Assembly: GCA_947259705.1 (NCBI GenBank)
Contig: CAMYNL010000001.1
Coordinates: 146,199-210,198, forward strand
From: an uncultured Gammaproteobacteria bacterium
GTDB lineage: Bacteria; Pseudomonadota; Gammaproteobacteria; Arenicellales; JAANXG01
Direction of reading: 5' to 3'
DNA length: 64,000 bases
In this document: positions 25,409 to 35,515 of the stretch, in pieces
Position numbering within the stretch: position 1 is the first letter of the stretch
Layout of the letters: every line of letters begins with the position of its first letter
The notes under the pieces: model-generated
Database searches by the model: none
What the model saw: the letters and a program-made list of their open reading frames with translations, nothing else
Told to the model about the DNA's origin: nothing
Position numbers and translations under genes: made by a program

Positions 25409-26669
25409 CTAACACCTCGGCAGCGGCGGAAATGGTCTGTGAGATCTCCTCGTCGGAGTGGGCCATGGATACGAATCCCGCCTCGAAAGCCGATGGCGCC
25501 AGGTATATGCCGGCATTGAGCATGCCGTGGTAGAAGTGTTTGAACAGATCCGCATCGCAGCTCATGACCTGGGAGAAGGACGAAACGTGGTCGGCCAGGG
25601 TAAAGAACAGCCCGAACATTCCCCCCACCTGCTGGGTACACAGGGGGACGCCGGCCGATGCAGCTGCGTCGGCGAGGCCACTGGTCAACGCCTGAGTTTT
25701 TTCAGTGAGGCGCTCAAAGAATCCTTCCTGCCGCAGTAGCTGCAGCGTGGTCAGACCCGCGGCCATGGCGACCGGGTTTCCGGACAAGGTTCCGGCCTGA
25801 TAGACGGGGCCGTCAGGGGCGATGTAGTCCATGATCTCGCCGCGGCCTCCGAAGGCGCCCACCGGCATTCCGCCACCGATCACCTTGCCAAAGGCGGTCA
25901 GGTCTGGCTCGACGCCATAAAGCCCCTGGGCGCCGCTCAGACCGACACGAAAACCGGTCATCACCTCGTCAAAGATCAGCACGCTGCCGTAAACATCGCA
26001 GACCGATCGGAGGCTTTCGAGAAAGCCGGGTTCCGGCGGTACGCAGTTCATGTTTCCCGCTACGGGTTCGACAATCACCGCGGCCACCTGCTCGCCGAAC
26101 TCCTCGAACGCCGTGCGCACCTGCCCGGCGTTGTTGTACTCCAGCGTCACCGTGTGTTTCGCCAGTGACGCCGGCACACCGGGGGAAGTCGGCACGCCGA
26201 GGGTCAGCGCACCCGACCCGGCCTTCACCAGCAGGCTGTCGGCGTGACCGTGATAACAGCCCTCGAACTTGATCAGCCGGTCGCGGTCCGTGTATCCACG
26301 GGCAAGGCGAATCGCGCTCATCGTGGCCTCGGTTCCTGAGCTGACCATGCGCACCTTGTCGATGCTCGGGATGAGTTCACAGATCAGCGCCGCGATCTCG
26401 GTCTCTATCTCGGTGGGCGCGCCGAAGCTGAGCCCGTTCTCCGCCGCCGTCTGCACGGCCGATACCACCTCAGGGTGAGCGTGTCCCAACACCATCGGGC
26501 CCCAGGATCCGACGTAGTCAATGTAGCGTTTTCCGGCCACGTCCCAGATGAATGGTCCATTGGCACGGCTGATGAATACCGGTTCGCCGCCCACCGCTTT
26601 GAAGGCGCGCACGGGTGAGTTGACTCCCCCCGGGATGTATTGTTTCGCTGTGGCAAATAAAGAACTCAT
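25395..26669 (-). CDS. hemL: Glutamate-1-semialdehyde 2,1-aminomutase
   Basis: [53 protein letters not shown]. Confidence 0.97.
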   Translation of the reverse strand: MSSLFATAKQYIPGGVNSPVRAFKAVGGEPVFISRANGPFIWDVAGKRYIDYVGSWGPMVLGHAHPEVVSAVQTAAENGLSFGAPTEIETEIAALICELIPSIDKVRMVSSGTEATMSAIRLARGYTDRDRLIKFEGCYHGHADSLLVKAGSGALTLGVPTSPGVPASLAKHTVTLEYNNAGQVRTAFEEFGEQVAAVIVEPVAGNMNCVPPEPGFLESLRSVCDVYGSVLIFDEVMTGFRVGLSGAQGLYGVEPDLTAFGKVIGGGMPVGAFGGRGEIMDYIAPDGPVYQAGTLSGNPVAMAAGLTTLQLLRQEGFFERLTEKTQALTSGLADAAASAGVPLCTQQVGGMFGLFFTLADHVSSFSQVMSCDADLFKHFYHGMLNAGIYLAPSAFEAGFVSMAHSDEEISQTISAAAEVLANLK

Positions 26670-26690
26670 AGCTGCAAAGATCCAAGAAAA

Positions 26691-27305
26691 TTAGTCAAAC
26701 AATGCGCTCAGCCGTCGTGCCGCGCCCCCGATATCTGCCTGACCGAACACGCCACTGATCACCGCTAGGGCGTCGGCCCCGGCTGCCAGCAAGGAACCAC
26801 CATTGTCGGCGTTGATGCCGCCGATCGCAACGATCGGCAGCGACAGCACGCCGCGCGCCTGTCGCAGCAGATTTGCTTTGGCGTGTACCGCCCCGGGTTT
26901 GACGGCGGACGGGAAGAAACTCCCGAACGCAACGTAGTCAGCCCCCCCAAGCTCGGCCGCATGCGCCAGCCGGATGTCGTTATAGCACGATACGCCGATC
27001 AGCCGGTTGCCCATCACACGACGCGCTGTCGCCAAGTCAACATCATCACGCCCCACGTGAACCCCGTCCGCGTCCACGCTCCGCGCCAACTCGACATCGT
27101 CATTGATGATCAACAAGGCGCCGAGTCTTCGGGTAAGTTCGCGTAACTGCCTGGCATGCTGCACGTAACCGGTGTCGGCACGGCGCTTGTCGCGGTACTG
27201 AACGATACCGGCGCCTCCCCTCACGGCCGCGCCAACCGACTCCAACAGCCCCGCATCGGGCGTCAACTCCGGATCAGTGATCACGTACAGGCCGCGGATG
27301 ATCAT
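26691..27305 (-). CDS. thiE: Thiamine-phosphate synthase
   Basis: GLYVITD, VQYRDK, IINDD, DGVHVG, GVSCYN, DYVAFG, AIGGI. ATGA overlap with thiD. Confidence 0.93.
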   Translation of the reverse strand: MIIRGLYVITDPELTPDAGLLESVGAAVRGGAGIVQYRDKRRADTGYVQHARQLRELTRRLGALLIINDDVELARSVDADGVHVGRDDVDLATARRVMGNRLIGVSCYNDIRLAHAAELGGADYVAFGSFFPSAVKPGAVHAKANLLRQARGVLSLPIVAIGGINADNGGSLLAAGADALAVISGVFGQADIGGAARRLSALFD

Positions 27306-28102
27306 CTGCCGTCGCGCCGATCGGGAAAGGCCTGCCCGCGACCGACCGCGTAGGCGTGACGAAGACTGTTCCAGGTGTAATCCAGCGCTGCATCCACAGC
27401 AACGGCCAGCGTGTCGCCTCTGGCGAGATACGCTGCGAGGGCCGCCCCCAGCGTGCACCCGGAGCCGTGAAAATCCGGTGCCAGTCGTGCCCATCGCGAT
27501 GCAGTCACTGTGCCATCGGGACGGTACAGGCGGTGCACCACGTCGCTGGTCGCTATGTCGTGGGTTCCGGTCACCAGCACACTGGCACGACCGCCGGCGA
27601 GCAGGCTGCGAGCGGCCTGGTCCATATCATCCGGCAGACCTGCCAATGCCAGCAACTCCGGGATATTCGGCGTCACAACGGTAGCGCGGGGCAGCAGCCA
27701 TTCGCGCAGGGCGCGCACCAGGCCGTTCTCGGCCAGCGAGGCACCCCCGCCGGCGGCCAGTACCGGGTCGACGACAAGCGGCACGGCCGATGGCAACAGC
27801 CCTACCAACTCGGCCACCGTTTCCACCACCGCCGGCGATGCGAGCATTCCGGTCTTGCAGGCGGCTATGGCCGTGTCAGCCAACAGTGCCGCAGCCTGGC
27901 GTCTCACCACCGCGGGATCGGTAACCAGGAATTCGTGTACCTTGATACTGTCTTGAATGGTGTTGGCGGTGACGACCGACAGCGGGTGGCAACCCAACGC
28001 ATGAATGGTCAAGGTGTCCGCCTGCAGTCCGGCGCCATTGGTCGGGTCGAAACCTCCAAAACACAGCACCACCGGGGGAGTATTCATGCGTGGATCGTTC
28101 AA
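27302..28102 (-). CDS. thiD: Hydroxymethylpyrimidine/phosphomethylpyrimidine kinase
   Basis: DPTNGAGLQAD, KTGML, VVDPVL, TPN..E, HGSGCTL. Confidence 0.88.
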   Translation of the reverse strand: MNDPRMNTPPVVLCFGGFDPTNGAGLQADTLTIHALGCHPLSVVTANTIQDSIKVHEFLVTDPAVVRRQAAALLADTAIAACKTGMLASPAVVETVAELVGLLPSAVPLVVDPVLAAGGGASLAENGLVRALREWLLPRATVVTPNIPELLALAGLPDDMDQAARSLLAGGRASVLVTGTHDIATSDVVHRLYRPDGTVTASRWARLAPDFHGSGCTLGAALAAYLARGDTLAVAVDAALDYTWNSLRHAYAVGRGQAFPDRRDGR

Positions 28103-28193
28103 TTCGTGATCACAGACGTCAAGGGATACCTATAATACGGACCATCAGGGCGTTGTGCCTGTTGTATCAACAACAACCTTGCGGAGTCTGCTA

Positions 28194-28364
28194 TTGGAAT
28201 TCAAGACCTATATGTGCGTTATATGCGGTTTTGTGTACGAGGAGGAGAAGGGTTTTCCTGATGGCGGGATCGCCGCCGGCACGCGCTGGGAAGACGTACC
28301 GGTGACATGGACCTGTCCGGACTGCGGCGCGGGAAAAGACGATTTCGAGATGATCGAGATCTAA
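28194..28364 (+). CDS. Rubredoxin
   Basis: CVICGFVY.E..G.P..GI..GT.WEDVP..W.CPDCG. TTG start with GGAG RBS. Confidence 0.95.
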   Translation: MEFKTYMCVICGFVYEEEKGFPDGGIAAGTRWEDVPVTWTCPDCGAGKDDFEMIEI

Positions 28365-30940
28365 CGTCCCCCGTGTGTCCTGTGGCGGCGGATACGATTT
28401 GACCGAGTAATTCCATACCGTTCGAGCTTGTAGTGCAGGGTATTGGGGCGCAGCCCGAGCAAGCGGGCCGCCTTGGCCTTGTTTCCGTCACACCGATCGA
28501 GAGTCTGCTGGATGATACCGGATTCGAACTCTGCAACCAGTTCGTCCAGAGAGCGTTCCCGGTTCACTATTTCGATGCTGTGTGTGGTGGAGAAGTCCGG
28601 GGCCTCCCGTGTCGCACCCCTGGTCTTGGTGGCAAGGAACTCGACCGTTGCGCGGCGCAGGCCGTCCAGGGTCCAGCTTGGCTCGTGCAACTTCAGCGAG
28701 CGGACCTCGGCGCGGCTCAAGCTTGTCAGTACCCCTGACTTCAGATTGAATTCCAGGGTGTAGTAATGCACCAGCAGAGGTATATCATCGCGGCGCTCGT
28801 GCAGTCTGGGAACATTGACCTCGAAGCCCTGAGTAAGGGTCTTCAGCCTTGTATCGAGAGCATCTGCTTGATCGTACCGGCAGCCAATCACGAACCGCGT
28901 CGACGGTCCGCGGCTCGCTTCGACGAGCGCGGCCAGCTTTGCCTGCGCAGCCCTATCCAGGGTTCCTGCGTCCAGAAACACCAATGTATGGTCGCTGTCG
29001 GCGCTGCAGGATTGCACCTGATCCACGGTGATTTCCTTGATGCAGCCCCGCCGATCCCCATAGCGATGCAGATAGTTCGCGGCCGCCGAAGCCAGCTCGC
29101 GGTCGTCGTAGAGCATCAGCACCGTGTCATCAAACCCGGCGTACATCTTCAAGGTTTGCAGAAAGGCGTTGAACACGGGGCTGACCCCGAGCAACGGCTG
29201 GCTGCCTTCGCGGACCAAGTAGGTGTGACGACGCAGATACATCAGAGATTCTATGCGGGTATGCATGAGCGCCTTTGACACCGGCCCGAACATCGCATCG
29301 ATAATAGCGCCGCCGGTCTGCCGGTAAGCTTGAGCAAATCGTTCGACCCCGGCACCGTAGAGCAAGCAGGCGAACGTAGACTTCAGCGTCGCCAGGTACT
29401 TTTCCAGGTCCGCTTCGTTTTCACTTACATGGCAGACCAGCAGTTCCGGTTCGCCAGCCTTGCGCAAGGCCTTCGACCGCGGACTGACGAAGGACTTCAC
29501 CACTCGGAAGTGATCGCGCAGATCCTTGAGCATAGCCTTGTCGCGACCGACGTAGGTCAGGCTCATCGCAAGGCGGGAGTCCGCAGCCTGTAGAAGCTGT
29601 TCCAGTTCCTGCGCCCCGCCGGTTCGAACCATGAACTCTTGGGAAGAACGCAGCGCCGAAGTTTCATGCTGCAGCACGTCCACCCTCTCCTGTAGCGCCT
29701 TGTTGCGTTCGGTCAGCGAATTAATTTGTCGGTTTGCGCTGCGCAGTTCGGAACGAAGGGTCACGAAGCGATCAAGAAACAGCTCCGACATCTTGCCGAA
29801 CAGCTCCTCTACGAGACGGAAATCCAGGGGCGAGTAAACCTGCTCGTTGAAGCTGTCACCGAGTAACAGCCAGCCCGAGACGCTCTCGCTGTGAGGGTAG
29901 AACGGGACGATAGCGGCGACTCCATGCGCCTTCATATGCTGATAAAGTTGCGGCTGGCTCTCGACGATTTCGTTGGCGACCAGGATGTGGTCAACCGCGC
30001 TTAGATTCTCGGGGCTCATCTGGGACATTGCCCGCGCCGTCTCGCCGGCGTAGACCACTCGGTTCGGCCCCAGCAGGGCCACTGGGCAACTCAAGGTATC
30101 GGACAATCGCTTGATGATCTGGCTGGCGGATGGAAGTTCTGCAATCTCCGAGATCAGTCGGCGGACCCGCCGGTGAAAAGCGGTCTTGCGTCGTCGCATC
30201 GGCGACCAGGGGATGAACAATTGAATATCGAAGATCCTATGTTGATAAATGGCATAGGCTGAAACCACCAGAAAAACCGTGACGGCCAACGGCAGCACCA
30301 TCGTGGCGTTGGTCCACTTGATGTCGAAACGCAGTAGACCGAACAGGGTGGTAATAAGGATGACGCTGGGCAGGGTCGCTACCAGCAGCAGCGCGTTCCT
30401 GGCCCGCTTGGCGCCGGTGTCCTGCCGCATGGCCCCATAGCTGAACAGGGTGAATATCATCAGGCTGCCGCCAATGGCGTAGAGTTCGAAGGCGACGTAT
30501 GCCGGTCCGGGGATCCGGGTCATACACTGACCGACGCGCTCGAAACCGACGATGAGGTTGGTGCCGGTGACCAATTGGATAATCAGCACCGTGGCGTAGC
30601 AATACCAGATCCAGGCCAAACGGTTGCTGGCACGTGGCCAGATGTCCTCCACCGCGACGCACAGAGCCAGATTAAGCATGATGGCGAGCGCCACGATGCC
30701 GGCGGCATAGAAGAGTCTGAACTCAAAGGTCGGCCAGTATCCCAGCGCCAGCAGATAGAAGTGGCCGATCTCAGCAATGTCCTGGATCGCCAGGGCGAAG
30801 ACTCCGCCCAGAAACAGTTGCGTTTCCTTGTTATGGGTGGGCGAATGCCTTGCGTACAGGAAGATGACGGCCTTGATCGCCAATGCCGCAAACGCCGGAG
30901 ATGAAACCGGAAACGGGTCGAATTCCATGACGACGGACAC
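28361..30940 (-). CDS. Membrane-bound regulator: 7TM sensor + GAF-like + coiled coil + degenerate receiver/AAA+ + Fis-type HTH
   Basis: About seven hydrophobic segments ending YAIYQHRIFDI; AAIVPF...GWLLLG...YSPLD (GAF-like); LLGVSP, VPRLHERRDDIPLLVHYY; C-terminal E..II..TL..CDGNKAKAARLLGL.PNTLHYKLERYG. Confidence 0.8.
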   Translation of the reverse strand: MSVVMEFDPFPVSSPAFAALAIKAVIFLYARHSPTHNKETQLFLGGVFALAIQDIAEIGHFYLLALGYWPTFEFRLFYAAGIVALAIMLNLALCVAVEDIWPRASNRLAWIWYCYATVLIIQLVTGTNLIVGFERVGQCMTRIPGPAYVAFELYAIGGSLMIFTLFSYGAMRQDTGAKRARNALLLVATLPSVILITTLFGLLRFDIKWTNATMVLPLAVTVFLVVSAYAIYQHRIFDIQLFIPWSPMRRRKTAFHRRVRRLISEIAELPSASQIIKRLSDTLSCPVALLGPNRVVYAGETARAMSQMSPENLSAVDHILVANEIVESQPQLYQHMKAHGVAAIVPFYPHSESVSGWLLLGDSFNEQVYSPLDFRLVEELFGKMSELFLDRFVTLRSELRSANRQINSLTERNKALQERVDVLQHETSALRSSQEFMVRTGGAQELEQLLQAADSRLAMSLTYVGRDKAMLKDLRDHFRVVKSFVSPRSKALRKAGEPELLVCHVSENEADLEKYLATLKSTFACLLYGAGVERFAQAYRQTGGAIIDAMFGPVSKALMHTRIESLMYLRRHTYLVREGSQPLLGVSPVFNAFLQTLKMYAGFDDTVLMLYDDRELASAAANYLHRYGDRRGCIKEITVDQVQSCSADSDHTLVFLDAGTLDRAAQAKLAALVEASRGPSTRFVIGCRYDQADALDTRLKTLTQGFEVNVPRLHERRDDIPLLVHYYTLEFNLKSGVLTSLSRAEVRSLKLHEPSWTLDGLRRATVEFLATKTRGATREAPDFSTTHSIEIVNRERSLDELVAEFESGIIQQTLDRCDGNKAKAARLLGLRPNTLHYKLERYGITRSNRIRRHRTHGGR

Positions 30941-31035
30941 CCCTTGTCAGTACCATATTTCAGCGTTCGGCGTACCGTACTCCAACCAAAGCGTGCTCCC
31001 AACGGAGCCGAGACCAGTATACGACGCATCAGACC

Positions 31036-31062
31036 AAAAAAGCGCCGTATAGGCGCTTTTTT
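31036..31062. terminator. Intrinsic terminator downstream of rpmE (symmetric, potentially bidirectional)
   Basis: AAAAAA-GCGCC-GTATA-GGCGC-TTTTTT. Confidence 0.85.
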
Positions 31063-31085
31063 GAGTCGGAAACGGGCCGGGCCGG

Positions 31086-31289
31086 CTACTTACGCTGATA
31101 TTTCTGTTTGAATCTGCCCACCCGGCCTTCGGTGTCGACGATTTTCTGCTTGCCGGTGTAAAACGGATGGCAGGCCGAACAGATTTCCACGTGCAGATCC
31201 TGGCCCAGAGTAGACCGGGCCTGGAACGTGTTACCGCAGGCGCAGGTCACGGTGATCTCGCCATACTGCGGGTGAATATCGGCTTTCAT
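31086..31289 (-). CDS. rpmE: 50S ribosomal protein L31 (Zn-binding type)
   Basis: [34 protein letters not shown]. Confidence 0.97.
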   Translation of the reverse strand: MKADIHPQYGEITVTCACGNTFQARSTLGQDLHVEICSACHPFYTGKQKIVDTEGRVGRFKQKYQRK

Positions 31290-31368
31290 GTTCGATTCTC
31301 TTTAGTAACCCGTGAGCCGGGGGGGCGGTATAATAGGAAAAAGCCTCGCCCTACGCAAACATCAGGGC

Positions 31369-32631
31369 TCAGCGCTTCATCGACTGGAAGAAATCCGCGT
31401 TTGACTTGGTGGCCCGCAGCTTGTCCAGCAGGAACTCAATCGCCTCCACGTCATCCATCGGGTGCAGGAGTTTGCGCAGCAGCCAGATCTTCTGCAGTTC
31501 CGCCGGATCGGTCAGCAGCTCCTCGCGACGAGTGCCGGATTTACCAATAATAATCGCCGGATACACTCGTTTTTCGGCGATACGGCGGTCGAGGTGGATC
31601 TCCATGTTGCCGGTACCCTTGAACTCCTCATAGATCACGTCGTCCATCTTGGAACCGGTGTCAATCAAGGCCGTGGCGAGGATGGTCAGGCTGCCGCCCT
31701 CCTCGATGTTCCGTGCGGCGCCGAAGAATCGTTTCGGCCTCTGCAGCGCGTTGGCGTCAACACCGCCGGTGAGCACCTTGCCGGATGCCGGAGCGACCGT
31801 GTTATAGGCGCGCGCCAGCCGGGTAATCGAATCGAGCAGGATGACCACGTTCTTCTTGTGCTCAACCAGCCGTTTCGCTTTCTCGATGACCATCTCGGCG
31901 ACCTGCACGTGACGCGATGCCGGTTCGTCGAAGGTGGAGGAGATCACTTCTCCACGCACCGAGCGCTGCATCTCCGTCACCTCCTCCGGCCGTTCGTCGA
32001 TGAGCAGGACCATAAGCGTGCAGTCGGGTTCATTGTGGGTGATGGAGTGGGCGATCTGTTGCAGCATGACCGTCTTGCCGCTTTTCGGCGAGGAGACGAG
32101 AAGGCCGCGCTGCCCCTTGCCGATAGGGGCGACAAGATCGATGACGCGCGCCGTGAGATCTTCGGTTGACCCGTTTTCCTGCTCCAGCCGCATGCGCTCA
32201 TCCGGATGCAGCGGCGTGAGATTCTCGAACAGAATCTTGTTCTTGGCCTCGTCCGGGGACTGGAAATTGATCGTCTCGACCTTGAGAAGGGCGAAATAAC
32301 GTTCGGATTCCTTAGGCGGCCTGATAAGACCGGTCACGGTGTCGCCTGTGCGCAGGTTGAAGCGGCGTATCTGGCTGGGCGAGACATAGATATCGTCCGG
32401 ACCGGCCAGGTAGGAACTGTCCGCAGAACGGAGGAAACCGAATCCGTCCTGCAGGATTTCGACCACTCCTTCCCCGGTGATGTCTTCGCCCTTGCGGGCC
32501 TGCGCCTTCAGGATTGCGAAGATCTGGTCCTGTTTACGCATCCGGCCCAGCCCGTCGAGGTCCATGGACCGGGCAATTTGCGCAAGTTCTGTAGGGGGTT
32601 TCTTTTTCAGCTCAGCAAGGGATAGGGACAT
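31369..32631 (-). CDS. rho: Transcription termination factor Rho
   Basis: [27 protein letters not shown]...[32 protein letters not shown]. Confidence 0.98.
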   Translation of the reverse strand: MSLSLAELKKKPPTELAQIARSMDLDGLGRMRKQDQIFAILKAQARKGEDITGEGVVEILQDGFGFLRSADSSYLAGPDDIYVSPSQIRRFNLRTGDTVTGLIRPPKESERYFALLKVETINFQSPDEAKNKILFENLTPLHPDERMRLEQENGSTEDLTARVIDLVAPIGKGQRGLLVSSPKSGKTVMLQQIAHSITHNEPDCTLMVLLIDERPEEVTEMQRSVRGEVISSTFDEPASRHVQVAEMVIEKAKRLVEHKKNVVILLDSITRLARAYNTVAPASGKVLTGGVDANALQRPKRFFGAARNIEEGGSLTILATALIDTGSKMDDVIYEEFKGTGNMEIHLDRRIAEKRVYPAIIIGKSGTRREELLTDPAELQKIWLLRKLLHPMDDVEAIEFLLDKLRATKSNADFFQSMKR

Positions 32632-32750
32632 AATTGTATGCGGAATACGGTGAATGGCGCCGTTCGGGGCGCCGGAAAAGAAGCAATAAGATTTCTTAGG
32701 TTTGGGTTGGGATTTCGAGGAAACGAAATACTCGCCTCAAAAAGATAGCA

Positions 32751-32775
32751 CGTGCTGGACCCGGGGTCCAGCACG
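32751..32775. repeat. 11-bp inverted repeat just downstream of trxA
   Basis: CGTGCTGGACC-CGG-GGTCCAGCACG. It may be an mRNA hairpin or an operator near the rho promoter. Confidence 0.55.
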
Positions 32776-32781
32776 ATTTTC

Positions 32782-33105
32782 CTAGAGATTTCCGTCGATA
32801 AACGCGGTCAATTGGGATTTGGATACGGCTCCGACCTTGGTCGCCTCGACATTCCCGTTTTTGAACAGCATCAGCGTGGGTATGCCCCGGATGCCGTACT
32901 TCGGGGGGGTGTTGGGATTGTCGTCTATATTCAACTTGGCGATGGTGAGCTTGCCTTCGTATTCTGACGCAACTTCCTCGAGCACCGGTGCAATCATTTT
33001 GCAGGGCCCGCACCATTCCGCCCAGTAATCGAGCAACACCGGATGTTCTGACTTAAGGACGTCGTCCTCAAAGCTGTCGTCGGTGACATTGACAATTTGC
33101 GACAT
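32782..33105 (-). CDS. trxA: Thioredoxin 1
   Basis: [22 protein letters not shown]. Conserved rhlB-trxA-rho synteny. Confidence 0.97.
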   Translation of the reverse strand: MSQIVNVTDDSFEDDVLKSEHPVLLDYWAEWCGPCKMIAPVLEEVASEYEGKLTIAKLNIDDNPNTPPKYGIRGIPTLMLFKNGNVEATKVGAVSKSQLTAFIDGNL

Positions 33106-33234
33106 CGAAGAAGAGTGCCTCTTGATAGCGATGGAGCGGGGATTGTAACGGTTCACTTGAGGTGACGCCAATCTGCTCCCGCGGCAACTGGAGCCAACCG
33201 CTGGCGCTCAGTTTCTGTTATGCTCCACTTCATT

Positions 33235-34665
33235 ATGAGTGAAAAACACCTTACGAACCAACGTTTTACAGATTTCGACTTAGCGGATCCACTGCTCCGT
33301 GGCATCGCCGACAGCGGCTTCGAGTTCTGTACTCCCATTCAGGCCGAGGCGCTGCCGCCCCTGCTGGCCGGCCAGGACGTGGCCGGCCAGGCGAAGACCG
33401 GTACCGGCAAGACGGCAGCCTTCCTGATCGCGATCTTTTCTCACCTCGAACGCCATCCCCAGGCCGAACGCAAGCCGGATCAGCCGCGGGCGGTGGTGGT
33501 AGCCCCCACCCGGGAGCTGGCGATACAAATTCACAAGGACGCTGAGCAGATCGGACGCCATCTGCCGCACAAACTGGGCCTGGTTTATGGCGGAGTCGAC
33601 TACGACAAGCAGCGCCGAATGCTGATAGCCGGGGTGGACGTGCTGATCGGGACGCCGGGTCGCCTTATTGATTATCACAAGCAGGGGGTCTTCGGGCTGC
33701 AGGGCGTGCAGGCGATGGTGCTGGACGAGGCTGACCGGATGTTCGACCTGGGATTCATACGGGACATCCGGTTCCTGTTCCGCCGCATGCCCCCACCGGC
33801 AGAGCGCCTCAACATGCTGTTCTCCGCTACCCTGTCGCTGCGGGTCAACGAGCTCGCGTATGAGCATATGAACAACCCGCAGATAGTGAAGATAGAATCA
33901 GAACACCTGACGGTGGATCAGGTAGAAGAGTGCGTCTATTTTCCCTCGAACGAGGAAAAGATCCCCCTGTTGCTTGGCACGCTCAAGAAGATCGAATCGG
34001 CGCGCACCCTGATTTTCGTAAACACCAAATATGCGGCGGACAAGCTGGAACGTTGGCTGGTCGGAAATGACTATCAAGTGGCGGTATTGTCCGGTGACGT
34101 GCCACAGCGAAAAAGAGAGAGCCTGCTGCAGAAATTCAAGGAGGGGATAGTTCCCGTCCTCGTTGCTACTGACGTGGCGGCGCGCGGACTGCACATCCCC
34201 GATGTCGGCCACGTCATCAACTACGATCTGCCGCAGGACCCCGAGGACTACGTCCACCGGGTTGGCCGTACCGCCCGCGCCGGTGCCAGCGGCGACGCGA
34301 TCAGCTTTGCCTGCGAGACGTACGCATTCTCTCTCATGGACATCGAGGCTTATATCGGACACAAGATTCCGGTTAAGTCGATCGATCAGGAGCTGCTGAT
34401 ACGACCCGAGCCACCCGCTAAGTCCACTCAACCGCGACAGAGTGCGCGCAAGACATCGCGCAAAAGCATTAGTGAAGGAAAGCGCACGGTAACGCATAAG
34501 CAGCCGGCGCATCGCCACGCCAAGACCCCCCACAAGGAACCGGCGCGAAGCAAGCCGAAAGCGGATAAGCAGGGTGCAGCGGACGAGCCGCCGGCGAAAT
34601 CCCCCGAGACCGGGGAAGAAAAGGCGCGCCGGCGCCAGGCCCCGGAAACGCCGGCAATCGGATAG
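33235..34665 (+). CDS. rhlB: DEAD-box RNA helicase RhlB
   Basis: [45 protein letters not shown]. Divergent from trxA. Confidence 0.93.
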   Translation: MSEKHLTNQRFTDFDLADPLLRGIADSGFEFCTPIQAEALPPLLAGQDVAGQAKTGTGKTAAFLIAIFSHLERHPQAERKPDQPRAVVVAPTRELAIQIHKDAEQIGRHLPHKLGLVYGGVDYDKQRRMLIAGVDVLIGTPGRLIDYHKQGVFGLQGVQAMVLDEADRMFDLGFIRDIRFLFRRMPPPAERLNMLFSATLSLRVNELAYEHMNNPQIVKIESEHLTVDQVEECVYFPSNEEKIPLLLGTLKKIESARTLIFVNTKYAADKLERWLVGNDYQVAVLSGDVPQRKRESLLQKFKEGIVPVLVATDVAARGLHIPDVGHVINYDLPQDPEDYVHRVGRTARAGASGDAISFACETYAFSLMDIEAYIGHKIPVKSIDQELLIRPEPPAKSTQPRQSARKTSRKSISEGKRTVTHKQPAHRHAKTPHKEPARSKPKADKQGAADEPPAKSPETGEEKARRRQAPETPAIG

Positions 34666-34691
34666 TCATCCTGCGCAGGGAAACATCCTCG

Positions 34692-35171
34692 TTGACACGG
34701 CGCGGCGGCACCGCGTGGGGGTCAGTGCTGGCGGGATGCATGGCGATGTCTGCCTGCGGCGGCGAGGCGCAAGATCCCGCCGGCCAGGTACGCGCCCTGA
34801 TTGGCGCGGCGGAGACAGCCGCCGAACAGCGCGATTATTCGACCCTGGAAGCCATGCTGGCGGATGGTTACACGGATGAGCAGGGATATGATCGACGGGG
34901 TATATCACGTCTGCTACGGCTCACCTTGATGCGAAATCGGACCTTGCACGTACTCAGTGTGGTCCGCGACCTGCACGTGGTGGACCCGGAAACCGTGCGC
35001 GCCACGGTACTGGTGGCGGTGGCGGCGCGTCCGCTCGACGCCGTGGAGCAGCTGCTCGATCTGCGCGCAGAATTACTGCACTTCGATGTCAGGTTCGTAA
35101 ACGTGGACGGCAGCAGATGGCAGGTCGATCAAGCGGCCTGGCGACCGGCGCGCGCGGCAGAGTTTCTCTAA
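34692..35171 (+). CDS. Hypothetical lipoprotein, possible NTF2-like fold
   Basis: Lipobox-like MSA-CGG; helix followed by LADGYTD..G.D and beta strands ending in WQV..A.W. Confidence 0.6.
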   Translation: MTRRGGTAWGSVLAGCMAMSACGGEAQDPAGQVRALIGAAETAAEQRDYSTLEAMLADGYTDEQGYDRRGISRLLRLTLMRNRTLHVLSVVRDLHVVDPETVRATVLVAVAARPLDAVEQLLDLRAELLHFDVRFVNVDGSRWQVDQAAWRPARAAEFL

Positions 35172-35195
35172 GCGACGAGTACCGGGAGACGAGTT

Positions 35196-35483
35196 CTAGG
35201 CTCCCGGCATGCGAATCATGGGGATGCTTTTATTCCTGTCGCCTGCAGGCGGGACGCGGCAGGCGCCGCTGGCGCAGCCAAAGCGTCTATTGACCACGAA
35301 AAACATCGGTAGCAACAGCGGGAACCCGGCCACCAGGACCCATCGCCAGCCGCCGGCAAAGCTATCGGGCGCCAGCAGCCATTCAGTGGCGTAGAGGCCG
35401 CTATAGAAAAACACCACCGCGAACAGCAGCCATACGAGGTGGCCCGTCGCCCGGTGTGCCAGGAATAGTTTCAGTCTGACCAT
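35196..35483 (-). CDS. Small two-TM hypothetical protein with CASGAC motif
   Basis: Two hydrophobic helices followed by NRRFGCASGAC. It lies directly downstream of pgi on the same strand. Confidence 0.55.
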   Translation of the reverse strand: MVRLKLFLAHRATGHLVWLLFAVVFFYSGLYATEWLLAPDSFAGGWRWVLVAGFPLLLPMFFVVNRRFGCASGACRVPPAGDRNKSIPMIRMPGA

Positions 35484-35515
35484 GCAAATCATAATGCGTC
35501 CCGGCGGGGTGGAAT

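Noticed and set aside
34400-34665. Basic low-complexity C-terminal tail of RhlB as a novel domain
   Set aside because: Variable basic disordered tails are common in DEAD-box helicases.
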